This document shows positions 37,869-47,079 of a DNA stretch of 64,000 nt, piece after piece (the stretch's first letter is position 1; every line of letters begins with the position of its first letter). The DNA is from Roseivirga sp. (GTDB lineage: Bacteria; Bacteroidota; Bacteroidia; Cytophagales; Cyclobacteriaceae). The notes under the pieces were generated by a model, which made no database searches, was not told the origin of the DNA, and saw nothing but the letters and a program-made list of their open reading frames with translations. The DNA lies in the NCBI GenBank assembly GCA_965661455.1, contig CBFIDV010000013.1:2413-66412 (forward strand), in the 5' to 3' direction. The translations under genes and the position numbers were made by a program.

Positions 37869-38786
37869 ATGGCGAATATTCTACACATCCTTAATGGCGA
37901 TAGTACCCTCGCAATTTTCAACCGATCGGGAATTGAAGGAGACACGCTTGTCTGGCACGAAGTACTCTGCGAAGGTCCAGTTCAATTTGACATCACAACT
38001 GATTCTTTCTGGGAAGTAAGAAGTGAATTTATGTGCAACTATTTCGAGACGACCCAACAGGGCTTTGACGAAAAAGTTATTCAGCCATTCAGGAAGCTGG
38101 AGTCCTTGATCGATAACTATGAAGAGATTATACTATGGTTTGAGTACGACTTATTCTGTCAGGTGAATATGATTGCCTTGATCTCTTGGCTCAATCAAAT
38201 AGAATATGGACAAGTTTCATTGATATGTGTAGGTCGATTTGAAGGGCAGAAAAAGCTATTGGGACTAGGAGAAATCCAAGCCTCTGAATATCCTAAATTA
38301 CTTCAGAAACGAGTGAAACTAAATACGCGGGAGTTTACCCACGCCCAAGATGCCTGGGAAAGCTATTGCTCCACCTATGCAGATGACATCTACAATTTTA
38401 TTCTATTGAAGATGGAGGAGTTTCAATACCTACCAGATGCATTTGACACCCATCTTAAACGATTCCCTTCTAGCGCCACAGGTTTGAATGAAATAGAACA
38501 AAAGATATTGGATCTATATCTCGGAGGATTTAAAGAAGATCATAAAATCGTGGGTGAAATGCTCAGGTGGCAGCAGTTCCTTGGTTTTGGAGACCTTCAG
38601 TATTTCAATGTTGTTAGCTATCTCAGGCCTTTACTTAAACTAGTAGATCAAAGCGCTGAAATTCCTGGAAAAGAAGATGTGGAGTTGCTATTAGATAGAG
38701 ACTATGCTTTAGGGGGAGCGAGTGCAAGTAATTGGGTGTGGGATGAAAATGAAAAGGCATTGATCCCAATTGAATCAATGCCCTAA
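37869..38786 (+). CDS. DUF1835-like protein
   Basis: 305 aa. The N-terminus ILHILNGDSTLAIFNRSGIEGDTLVWHEVLCEGP matches my memory of DUF1835; this is unverified. Confidence 0.55.
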   Translation: MANILHILNGDSTLAIFNRSGIEGDTLVWHEVLCEGPVQFDITTDSFWEVRSEFMCNYFETTQQGFDEKVIQPFRKLESLIDNYEEIILWFEYDLFCQVNMIALISWLNQIEYGQVSLICVGRFEGQKKLLGLGEIQASEYPKLLQKRVKLNTREFTHAQDAWESYCSTYADDIYNFILLKMEEFQYLPDAFDTHLKRFPSSATGLNEIEQKILDLYLGGFKEDHKIVGEMLRWQQFLGFGDLQYFNVVSYLRPLLKLVDQSAEIPGKEDVELLLDRDYALGGASASNWVWDENEKALIPIESMP

Positions 38787-38805
38787 TCACTAATTTTTAT
38801 TCTAG

Positions 38806-39687
38806 TTATTTCTCTGAGCTGAGTCTCACTCTGCCATCATTCATTCTAATATCTACTTCGGCTTTACCTCCCGTTAATTCGAATTGAGCTCTTGAATCTG
38901 TTTCTCTAATTGTGCTGAATGCTGTACCTGCTGAGACGCGGCCGTCATCTTTTAATACATTGAACATTCCTCCACCCGCAAGTACCACCAAATCAATTCC
39001 ACCATCATCTGAAGCAAACTCATAAAGACCCGTGTCGGAAAGCGTAGTTTCAATAGACACGTCACCATCTTCCACATCAATATCTACACTGCTGAATGAA
39101 CCGTTCCTAATATCAATGTTGCCATCATCTAAATTGGCATAAAGGGTGCCTTTGCCCCCATCCATCATCAGGTCTCCATCTTCTAATTCAAGATCGAAGT
39201 CTTCACGGTTGCATTCAATCAATTCAACATCTCCATCATCAACAGAAACTGATATTGCCCCATCTATACTTCGGATAACATAATCATCATCATCTCCTTT
39301 TATTCTCAAAGAGCCATTGGTTGGCATCTCTATTTCAATACTATAATCAACAGAGTACGAGCCCATCATAACCCTTACGCCTCTACCTTCTCTTTCAGTG
39401 ATATAAAGATCGCCACTTCGCTCTTCCACGTTCATGTCGAACCTTCTTCTATTTGTGCTGAAACCTCGCACATCTTCTACCCTATCAATTTTAACATGTA
39501 CATCCGTACGATTCGTACCCTTAATTGATACTTCAGCGTCTGATGAATTCAGGTGAACTGTACCTTCAGCAGAAAGATTATAAACTTCGTCTAAATGAAA
39601 ATCCGAACTAGATTCTCGTTGTGCGTTTGAGTTAAAGGCTAGCAATAGCAGACCAGCTATGCCGAGCAAAAGTTGTTTAGTTTTCAT
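38806..39687 (-). CDS. DUF4097-like beta-strand repeat protein (putative adhesin), secreted
   Basis: 293 aa with a signal peptide and repeated D-G-D/N-[IV] strands (DDGDVELIE, EDGDLMMDG, DDGNIDIRN, EDGDVSIET, DDGGIDLVV, DDGRVSAG, NDGRVRLSS). Confidence 0.7.
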   Translation of the reverse strand: MKTKQLLLGIAGLLLLAFNSNAQRESSSDFHLDEVYNLSAEGTVHLNSSDAEVSIKGTNRTDVHVKIDRVEDVRGFSTNRRRFDMNVEERSGDLYITEREGRGVRVMMGSYSVDYSIEIEMPTNGSLRIKGDDDDYVIRSIDGAISVSVDDGDVELIECNREDFDLELEDGDLMMDGGKGTLYANLDDGNIDIRNGSFSSVDIDVEDGDVSIETTLSDTGLYEFASDDGGIDLVVLAGGGMFNVLKDDGRVSAGTAFSTIRETDSRAQFELTGGKAEVDIRMNDGRVRLSSEK

Positions 39688-39733
39688 GATTTGGAGTTTG
39701 GTTTGAGTAATCGTTACGAATAATTAGCCGAGG

Positions 39734-41041
39734 CTATCTTCGCTTTCTTCCTTTACTATGACGCGATTTAGATCGCTGAGGATGCGTGAACTTTTTCTTT
39801 TTTTCATGAAAGGCTCCTTTGAAGGTTGGATCGGCATTCTTTTTCATCTGATCTAGCGCTTTATTAATATCTTGCTGCTCTTCAAAAGGTGTTTTTTCAA
39901 CAGTGACATTACTAGGGATATTAGCCAACGGAATTTCCTGATCAATTATTTTTTCTATTCCTGGCACATGTTGCATTTCTAATTCATTCGCAAATGATAT
40001 AGCAACTCCTTCATTCTCTGCCCTTCCCGTTCTCCCAATTCTGTGCACATAATCTTCGTAAATCAGAGGTAAATCAAAATTGATCACATGAGAAACCATG
40101 GATATATCCATACCACGAGCAGTTACATCCGTAGTGACCAGAACTCGAATCTCACCCGACTTAAATTCCGTCATGGCATTCATTCTAGAATTCTGTCCTT
40201 TATTGGCATGAATAACACGAACCGAACCAAGACCTTTTCTAGCTATATATTTAGCCACATTATCTGCACTAGCTTTCTTCTTCACAAAAACAATCACACG
40301 TGCAAAAGCATCGTCAGCTAAAAAGTATTCTAGTAGGTTCAGCTTTGTCCTGAAATTTGGAACCTGATATAAACACTGATCAATAGTCTCAGCTACTGTG
40401 GCTTGTGGTGCAACCTCCACCCGCTCAGGAAATTCCAAAAACTCCTCAGTGAGCTTTATTACATTATTTGGCATGGTAGCTGAAAAAAGAAGATTCTGAC
40501 GTTTTCGAGGCACCAATTCAAGGATATTCCGAATCTGAGGCATAAAACCCATATCCATCATCTTATCAGCCTCATCTAGAATAAGTGTCTTTATATTTCG
40601 GGGAAATACCCCCCCTTTCTTGTACAGATCTAAAAATCTACCAGGAGTACTGATAACGATGTCAACACCCTCTTCTAAGATAGCTAGTTGTTCTTTTGGA
40701 CCAATACCTCCATACAGTGCGGCAGATCTTAAATCTGTGTAGGTAGCCAAAGCCAAGAAATGTTTGTGAATTTGAGTAACCAACTCCCTTGTGGGAGCCA
40801 ATATCAATGCCCGAGGATGTTCTCCTTGAGCATATTTTATTTTCATAATGAGTGGTGCAAGAAACGCTAGCGTCTTTCCAGTACCCGTTTGGGCGATACC
40901 CAAAACATCGTGACCAGCCATTGTAATGGGAATTGACTTCTGTTGAATCTCGGTTGGTTTAGTAAAACCCTGCTCTTCTATCGCGTTGAGAACTTGCTTG
41001 TTGAGTTTTAAGTCGTCAAAATTCTTGTTAATATCTCCCAT
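39734..41041 (-). CDS. DEAD-box ATP-dependent RNA helicase
   Basis: 435 aa with a Q-motif, AQTGTGKT, DEAD (LDEADKM), SAT, HRIGRTGR and a basic C-terminal tail. Confidence 0.92.
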   Translation of the reverse strand: MGDINKNFDDLKLNKQVLNAIEEQGFTKPTEIQQKSIPITMAGHDVLGIAQTGTGKTLAFLAPLIMKIKYAQGEHPRALILAPTRELVTQIHKHFLALATYTDLRSAALYGGIGPKEQLAILEEGVDIVISTPGRFLDLYKKGGVFPRNIKTLILDEADKMMDMGFMPQIRNILELVPRKRQNLLFSATMPNNVIKLTEEFLEFPERVEVAPQATVAETIDQCLYQVPNFRTKLNLLEYFLADDAFARVIVFVKKKASADNVAKYIARKGLGSVRVIHANKGQNSRMNAMTEFKSGEIRVLVTTDVTARGMDISMVSHVINFDLPLIYEDYVHRIGRTGRAENEGVAISFANELEMQHVPGIEKIIDQEIPLANIPSNVTVEKTPFEEQQDINKALDQMKKNADPTFKGAFHEKKKKFTHPQRSKSRHSKGRKRR

Positions 41042-41104
41042 TTAGGCAGTTCTCTCTTAGTTTTACAGTGCAATTACGTTAAACCATATACAAAATAAAA
41101 TCCT

Positions 41105-42442
41105 GTGTCGTCAATCCTTATAACAAACGGAACTGTAGTAAATGAGCATAAAATAGAAGAGCTAGACATTCTTATTAAAAATGGTCGCATTGCTAAAATT
41201 GGAAAAGACTTACAGCACCATACGGCAGACAGGATTGTTGATGCTTCTGGTAAGCACGTCTTCCCCGGACTGATTGACGACCAAGTACATTTTAGAGAGC
41301 CCGGACTCACTCACAAAGCTGAAATTTACACAGAGTCGCGCGCTGCGGTTGCTGGTGGTATTACCTCTTTCATGGAGATGCCAAATACAGTTCCTAATGC
41401 CTTAACTCAGGATCTGCTGCAAGACAAGTTTGACATAGCAGGCCAGAATAGTTTGGCTAACTACAGCTTCTTTATGGGCGCTTCAAACGACAACCTAGAA
41501 GAGGTATTAAAAACTGATCCAGGAAACGTGTGTGGTGTAAAGGTTTTTATGGGATCATCTACAGGCAACATGCTGGTAGACAATCAGAAAACGCTGGAGG
41601 GTATATTCGCTAACTCACCAACCTTAATTGCAACTCATTGCGAATCAGAAGAAGTAATTAGAAGGAATACTGCACTGGCTAAAGAGAAATACGGTGAGAA
41701 CGTTCCTATAGACCAACACCCCATCATTAGAAACGAGGAAGCTTGTTACGCATCTTCTTCTTTCGCTGTCGACCTTGCTAGAAAAAATGATGCAAGACTT
41801 CATATACTTCATATTTCTACTGCAAAAGAAACGCATCTATTTGATAATCACATTCCGCTTAAAGACAAGAAGATTACTGCAGAAGCGTGTATCCATCATA
41901 TGTGGTTCTCAGATGAAGATTATGCCGAAAAAGGCACCTTTATTAAATGGAACCCCGCGGTAAAAAAAGCGACAGATAGGGCTGAAATCATAGCTGCAGT
42001 AAATGACAACCGCATTGATGTTATTGCTACAGATCATGCGCCTCACACCATAGAAGAAAAACAGAATAGTTATTTCTCTGCTCCTTCAGGTGGTCCATTG
42101 GTTCAGCATTCATTACTTGCGCTGTTAGACCTTTATCATAATGACTCATTTACCCTTGAGAAAATAGTTGAAAAAACTTCTCACGCAGTGGCCGACATGT
42201 TTGATATTGAAGAAAGAGGTTATATCAAGGAGGGCTTTTATGCAGACCTTGTAATTGCCGATTTGAATGATGAGCATGAAGTATCAAGATCTAATCTCCA
42301 CTACAAATGTGGCTGGTCTCCGTTCGAAGGACATACCTTTAAATCGCATATCAATATGACGCTGGTTAACGGAAGAGTTGTTTACGAAAACGGTATGATT
42401 ATAGAACAAGATCCAGGAATGAGAATGACATTTGATCGTTGA
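41105..42442 (+). CDS. pyrC: dihydroorotase (long, amidohydrolase type)
   Basis: 445 aa with a GTG start, DDQVHFREPG, VIATDHAPH and ADLVI. An allantoinase or dihydropyrimidinase-type enzyme cannot be excluded by eye. Confidence 0.8.
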   Translation: MSSILITNGTVVNEHKIEELDILIKNGRIAKIGKDLQHHTADRIVDASGKHVFPGLIDDQVHFREPGLTHKAEIYTESRAAVAGGITSFMEMPNTVPNALTQDLLQDKFDIAGQNSLANYSFFMGASNDNLEEVLKTDPGNVCGVKVFMGSSTGNMLVDNQKTLEGIFANSPTLIATHCESEEVIRRNTALAKEKYGENVPIDQHPIIRNEEACYASSSFAVDLARKNDARLHILHISTAKETHLFDNHIPLKDKKITAEACIHHMWFSDEDYAEKGTFIKWNPAVKKATDRAEIIAAVNDNRIDVIATDHAPHTIEEKQNSYFSAPSGGPLVQHSLLALLDLYHNDSFTLEKIVEKTSHAVADMFDIEERGYIKEGFYADLVIADLNDEHEVSRSNLHYKCGWSPFEGHTFKSHINMTLVNGRVVYENGMIIEQDPGMRMTFDR

Positions 42443-42462
42443 TAAATCTCAATGTTTAGTTA

Positions 42463-42492
42463 TTGATTTTAAATAATTATCAATTAGATTTG
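42463..42492 (+). promoter_or_regulatory. Bacteroidota-type promoter of tRNA-His
   Basis: TTG (42463-42465), then 19 nt, then TAGATTTG (42485-42492). This is the canonical -33/-7 spacing and lies 26 nt upstream of the tRNA. Confidence 0.55.
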
Positions 42493-42517
42493 CATCCCGT
42501 TCAAAAAACGGAAATCT

Positions 42518-42594
42518 GGTGGTTGTAGCTCAGTTGGTTAGAGCATCGGTTTGTGGTACCGAGGGTCGTGGGTTCGAGTCCCATCTTCCACCCA
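42518..42594 (+). tRNA. tRNA-His (anticodon GTG) with encoded G-1; acceptor stem carries two U-U mismatches
   Basis: Hand fold: G-1, acceptor gtggttg, D arm gctc-agttggtta-gagc, anticodon arm tcggt-ttGTGgt-accga, variable gggtc, T arm gtggg-ttcgagt-cccat, 3' acceptor cttccac, discriminator C. CCA is not fully encoded. Confidence 0.85.
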
Positions 42595-42597
42595 AAA

Positions 42598-42628
42598 AGA
42601 TAGTTACTATAAGTAGCTGTCTTTTTTT
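42598..42628 (+). terminator. rho-independent terminator after tRNA-His
   Basis: AGATAGTTAC ... GTAGCTGTCT stem (with G-U pairs) followed by TTTTTT. Confidence 0.6.
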
Positions 42629-42649
42629 ATTTATCAGACATTTAACTGA

Positions 42650-43432
42650 CTAGCTCACTAATTCCTTGATATCTACAGTATTGTGATGAATTCGTGTTTC
42701 GAAATGAGGCTTAATTTCGTTCATCTTAAACACGTCTGAATCAAATGTTGTGTTCACAAAGTGAATTTGTCCCTGATCTGCCTTTCTGCTTTTGAGGTCT
42801 ATTATTTCAATTTGAGATGTATCACTTTTACAATTCTCAAAAACAACATAGTCTGCATTAATATTTTCTAAGCACATTCTCGCATAGTTGCCAAAAGTAC
42901 CAATATGCAAAATATCAGTTGACACTTCCTTTAACTCAAAGTATTCGAATTGCTCAGGACACAAGTAGACATTCGCTTGAAATGCATTCGTTTTTTCTCC
43001 TCCCTAATTGCTAATCTTGCAATTTCGAATCTTGTTCTTACACCCTAAGGAGACCTCTTGAAATATTGGATTATTTGAAATTTCTACTTGATTCAATTCA
43101 CAATTATAAACTTCCAATTCTCTTACTTAACTTGAATTACTCAGTATTAGCGTTTCTATTGTAGAATCCTTCAATACAACATTCTGAAGTTGACAGTTCT
43201 TGAAAGCCAAGTGCTTACAAGAAGAATTATCTAAAGTAATATTTCCAGAAAAACGGCAGTTCTCAAATTCAACATGATCAAATTGGCACTGAAAAAAATC
43301 CACATTATAAGGTATGTGAAGACCTGAATATTTAACTCATCTACTCACAGCTATGGAATAACTTGTGATACGATACTCCAAATCTATACCTTGAAGTATC
43401 CGTTTAAACTGAGTAAAATTGAGTGTACGCAT
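42650..43432 (-). pseudogene. LRR/pentapeptide-like repeat protein gene inactivated by three in-frame stops
   Basis: A single 261-codon frame from ATG 43432 is interrupted by TGA (43337-43339), TAA (43127-43129) and TAG (43004-43006), with no frameshift. It has a recurring [FVI]-x-N-C motif (FENCRF, FKNCQL, VYNCEL, IRNCKI, FENCKS). Only the last 104 codons appear in the ORF track. Confidence 0.55.
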
Positions 43433-43690
43433 TACTAATTGGTTGTAATTTATTGTACATGCATATTAAGTCTTAACCTTATAGCTAACAATACCCGATT
43501 ACAGGTATAAACCCTAAATATTAATGTGTGCCGAATTATTTAAAGCTAAAAGCCAAAAACCCTTTACTGCATTGGGGAATCAAACACCTATATACTTGAT
43601 ATTCTGATATTTAAGAGCCACTTTTGTAATCTGAAGAGCAAAAGCTCTATCTCAATTTTCTCTGAAACCATTCAAGGCCCAAAAACTTAT

Positions 43691-44074
43691 ATGAAGACAA
43701 TCGTCTTTAATTCTGATAGCATAGATATAACTGACCAAGACATCTCTAATGTTGATGAAATCACTTCGTGGATTGAAAGCAACACAATTTTACAGGGACA
43801 AAAGTTTATCTGGAGGATTGGAATAGGCCATAGCAGTGACATGAATCGCATTGCGACTGACGTGAGGAGAAATCACAATCTAAAGCACTACAAGCAGTGG
43901 AGGCTCAGTTCATTTGAAGAAGCTTTCAGTGCATTGAAGATTCTCAATAAGCACTCGTTTGTGTTCAAAAGCCACCACAATAATTACCTAACTAAAGGAG
44001 ACTTTATCTTCGTTTATAAAGCCCCTTGTGAGAGTCTGACTAAACAGCTTTTCCATAAAACACTGAACTACTAG
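43691..44074 (+). CDS. hypothetical protein (orphan, AT-rich islet)
   Basis: 127-aa ORF with no family recognised. It lies in a low-GC stretch next to tRNA-His. Confidence 0.4.
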   Translation: MKTIVFNSDSIDITDQDISNVDEITSWIESNTILQGQKFIWRIGIGHSSDMNRIATDVRRNHNLKHYKQWRLSSFEEAFSALKILNKHSFVFKSHHNNYLTKGDFIFVYKAPCESLTKQLFHKTLNY

Positions 44075-44097
44075 CGGAAGATTGTTATATTCATATA

Positions 44098-44355
44098 ATG
44101 ACAGATTCCAGTTCTAGCTTTTTTAAACTTCCTATTGAAGAGCAAACCAAGGTGCTATACCTTACTGGTACGTTTATTCTATCCATTCGATATTATGGAT
44201 ACAAGGTTAACTTATACCTGCTTGAAGGGGAATACATAGAAGTTTTCTACAATCACAAACTTGATATTATTGAGAAGGTACAACCTCTGGACTACACACA
44301 TACGAGAATGAAGTTCTATGAAGATCAGATTAGTCTCGGCTCAATTGCCTGCTGA
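44098..44355 (+). CDS. hypothetical protein (orphan, AT-rich islet)
   Basis: 85-aa ORF starting 23 nt after the previous one. Its 3' end overlaps the convergent coaE by 15 nt. Confidence 0.4.
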   Translation: MTDSSSSFFKLPIEEQTKVLYLTGTFILSIRYYGYKVNLYLLEGEYIEVFYNHKLDIIEKVQPLDYTHTRMKFYEDQISLGSIAC

Positions 44356-44946
44356 TAACAGTGCTTTGTGTAAAGAAATCACTTGATCAATAATAGATTC
44401 TTTACCACTGTTCGCCACAAGAAAATAAGAAAGCTTTTTACGCTTGCCATCTGAGACTTGCTTATCTATTATTTGATGAACTTGCTCTTCTGGCCTTTTT
44501 AAATCTCTTAATAGCACACGTTGTACGCGAACGGCCTTCGGGGCCATTACACACACAACTTTATCGAGTGACTTGTAAGATTCTGTTTCGAAGATTAATG
44601 CAGCCTCTTTTATGACGTAAGGTGCTTGACTGTTCTTTTCTACCCATGCCGTAAAGTCTTCACCAACTGCAGGATGCACCAATGCATTCAGTACTGATAG
44701 CTTTTTAGGATCTGGAAAGACTTCTTTTGCCAAAAAAACTCTATTGAGAGACTCATCTTCGAGATAACTTTCTTTTCCAAAATGCTGAATCACCTGACGT
44801 TTTAATTCAGGATCATTTGCCAGAAGCCACTTCCCTCTATCATCAGCATAATACACCGGTACCTTCAGTATTTCAAACACCTTAGCAACAGTGCTTTTCC
44901 CAGAACCAATTCCTCCTGTTAAGCCAACAAGTATTGGGTTAGTCAT
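44341..44946 (-). CDS. coaE: dephospho-CoA kinase
   Basis: 201 aa with a P-loop GLTGGIGSGKST at the N-terminus. Confidence 0.9.
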   Translation of the reverse strand: MTNPILVGLTGGIGSGKSTVAKVFEILKVPVYYADDRGKWLLANDPELKRQVIQHFGKESYLEDESLNRVFLAKEVFPDPKKLSVLNALVHPAVGEDFTAWVEKNSQAPYVIKEAALIFETESYKSLDKVVCVMAPKAVRVQRVLLRDLKRPEEQVHQIIDKQVSDGKRKKLSYFLVANSGKESIIDQVISLHKALLSAGN

Positions 44947-45910
44947 TCTTAAAGAGTTTAACGCTATCTATTCTAATGGAATAATTGAGTAGACGATCTG
45001 CTTTTTCAATTACATCAATCGCCACGAGTGAATCTTTAGTTCTTTTATTATAGTCTACCTGCAATTCAAAAAGAAGTGTATCAGTTGCATCAAAAGAGGT
45101 AGACTTCATAGTTACGTTAATAGGCAAATAATTGGGAAGTATCTCCCAAGTGCTGTCTGGGGCGTTTATTAATTGAATAGGATAATCGTAATCTACCGAG
45201 ATGAGATTATCAACGTCAAAAGTCACGTTCACCATTTCTATACTAGACTCTATCAACTCATCCAACAATGGCAATTCTATATTCTGATTGAAATTCTCAT
45301 CTATATTACTCTCGGTTAACGCTACTATTAAAGTGTCTGAAACTGCTGCTACTAATTGCTCTGGGCCTGTTAACGTAACAACAGAAGGCATGAGTGCTAT
45401 CTCCGAATCAATTACATAGTCTGAGGCCAAGTCTATAGATTGAGGATTCAAGTCTAGGTTAACAGTCCTAGAGATTCTCTTCTGAATATTGAATTTGATA
45501 GAATCCTCTAAAATGTAATTAATCGCAACAGGATCTAAATTTGGAGCTAAGCTTCCTCTTATAGAATTGGATAGTAAATATGAAACCTGCGAGGGTCTAT
45601 CAAGACTAATGGCAATGGGTTCCATATTCAAACCAAAAGACCTTGTCATTAAATCCCAACCACCACCAGTTACTTCTATGGGTAGTTTATCTGGTAAATC
45701 ACCAACAGCTATGTAATTCTCATTATCAAACTCTAGCTGAATGGGATAATTTATTTGAGTGATGTAGTTCTCTTTATTCAAGGCACTAAAAAACCAAAAG
45801 GTGGTAGATATGATTACACATATCAATACCACCTTTAATCTTTCGTCCTTTGAACTTGGTGTTTGGAACGAACGTTTTATACGCTCAAAAAATTCCTCAG
45901 GACTTTTCAA
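44939..45910 (-). CDS. YbbR-like domain protein
   Basis: 323 aa with an N-terminal TM anchor. It sits between yajC and coaE, as in other Bacteroidota. The family call rests mainly on context. Confidence 0.55.
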   Translation of the reverse strand: MKSPEEFFERIKRSFQTPSSKDERLKVVLICVIISTTFWFFSALNKENYITQINYPIQLEFDNENYIAVGDLPDKLPIEVTGGGWDLMTRSFGLNMEPIAISLDRPSQVSYLLSNSIRGSLAPNLDPVAINYILEDSIKFNIQKRISRTVNLDLNPQSIDLASDYVIDSEIALMPSVVTLTGPEQLVAAVSDTLIVALTESNIDENFNQNIELPLLDELIESSIEMVNVTFDVDNLISVDYDYPIQLINAPDSTWEILPNYLPINVTMKSTSFDATDTLLFELQVDYNKRTKDSLVAIDVIEKADRLLNYSIRIDSVKLFKND

Positions 45911-45913
45911 CTC

Positions 45914-46225
45914 TTATTTATTGCCGTCTTTCTTTTTACTTGAATCAAGTGAAATAGCCGACTTTTCGATTTTAATTTTTGTGCTTTTATCTACTTCTAG
46001 GATCACCGTTTCTTCTTCGGTTGAAAACACTTTTCCGTGTACTCCACCAATTGTAACAACGGTATCACCCTTCTTGATTTCTTCGATAAACTTCTTTGTA
46101 TCCTTTTGCTTTTTCTGCTGAGGACGAATCATAAAGAAGTAAAACACAATGGCTATACCACCAAATAATATCAGCGATTGTAAACCTGAACCGCTGCCTT
46201 GTGCTTGCAATAAAATTGAATTCAT
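45914..46225 (-). CDS. yajC: preprotein translocase subunit YajC
   Basis: Start moved to ATG 46225 (MNSILLQAQ...). It has FGGIAIVFYFFMIRPQQKKQK and GDTVVTIGGVHGKV. Confidence 0.88.
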   Translation of the reverse strand: MNSILLQAQGSGSGLQSLILFGGIAIVFYFFMIRPQQKKQKDTKKFIEEIKKGDTVVTIGGVHGKVFSTEEETVILEVDKSTKIKIEKSAISLDSSKKKDGNK

Positions 46226-46235
46226 TAATCTCAAA

Positions 46236-46757
46236 TTATGGTCTTGGCTCAGAGTTAATCTGAACAAATCCTCTTAAACTTAATCTTGTTTGCTTAGGAG
46301 CAGTATTCGCCACCACAGTTATTACTGGGCTTTGCTGACCTGATTTTCCTTTGCTATCAAATCTCACAACGATTTCGCCAGTTCCCCCTGGAGGCACAGG
46401 CTCTTTTGTGTGCTGAGGCACTGTACAACCACATGAAGCAGAAGTGCTTTGAATGCTAATTGGCTCAGTTCCAACATTAGTGAATTTGAAAGTGTGATTT
46501 ACAACTTCTCCTTGGTTGATATTACCAAAGTTGTGTACCGTGCTCTCCCACTGAAATTTAGCATTAGAAGTAAGGTTTGTCTCGATAGACTGAGCTGTTT
46601 GAGTTGGAGTTACTTGACTTCTTGCGATGCCACCGTTCTCCATTTGGTTCACCCTTCTTTCAAGGTTTGCCACTCTCTTTTCCATTTCTTCGTTTCCGCA
46701 TGCGCTTAGCATTAATATAGCTGCTAATGCACTAAAAAGACTAATCTTAGTTTTCAT
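46236..46757 (-). CDS. DUF1573-like lipoprotein
   Basis: 173 aa with a lipobox LSAC, then HNFGNINQGEVVNHTFKFTNVGTEPISI..SASCGCT. Confidence 0.75.
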   Translation of the reverse strand: MKTKISLFSALAAILMLSACGNEEMEKRVANLERRVNQMENGGIARSQVTPTQTAQSIETNLTSNAKFQWESTVHNFGNINQGEVVNHTFKFTNVGTEPISIQSTSASCGCTVPQHTKEPVPPGGTGEIVVRFDSKGKSGQQSPVITVVANTAPKQTRLSLRGFVQINSEPRP

Positions 46758-46769
46758 AATAATTTTGGT

Positions 46770-47075
46770 TTAATCTTTCTCTCCTGATTTTATCTGATCT
46801 ATTAGATCATCAACATCTGTAAGGAGTCTTTCTGCTTTTACTCTTGCATCAGAAATTACTTTCTCTCCCTCCTCTTTGGCTTCTGAAGAAATCTCCATTT
46901 TACCATTGATTAGATCTTCTAATAAATCTTCTAATTGCTTTTTGTACTTATCTAACTGATAAGACAACTTATCTCTTGTATTTTGTCCTTTGTCCGGAGC
47001 ATATAGAATACCTAAAATGGCACCAGTTGCTGCTCCTACTACAAATGCTAATAAATTGCTAGACCCTTTACTCAT
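46770..47075 (-). CDS. YtxH-like protein
   Basis: 101 aa with an N-terminal GAATGAILGILYAPDKG motif, then a charged helix. Confidence 0.75.
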   Translation of the reverse strand: MSKGSSNLLAFVVGAATGAILGILYAPDKGQNTRDKLSYQLDKYKKQLEDLLEDLINGKMEISSEAKEEGEKVISDARVKAERLLTDVDDLIDQIKSGEKD

Positions 47076-47079
47076 TCTA

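Noticed and set aside
37475-37945. 156-aa minus-strand ORF spanning the M28 peptidase 3' end and the DUF1835 start
   Set aside because: It is antisense to two supported genes and crosses a strong terminator. It has no motif and a biased composition.
42600-44400. Intact integrative element at tRNA-His
   Set aside because: I could find no integrase or recombinase ORF and no direct repeat of the tRNA 3' end (gagtcccatcttccaccc) by eye. It is reported only as a possible remnant.
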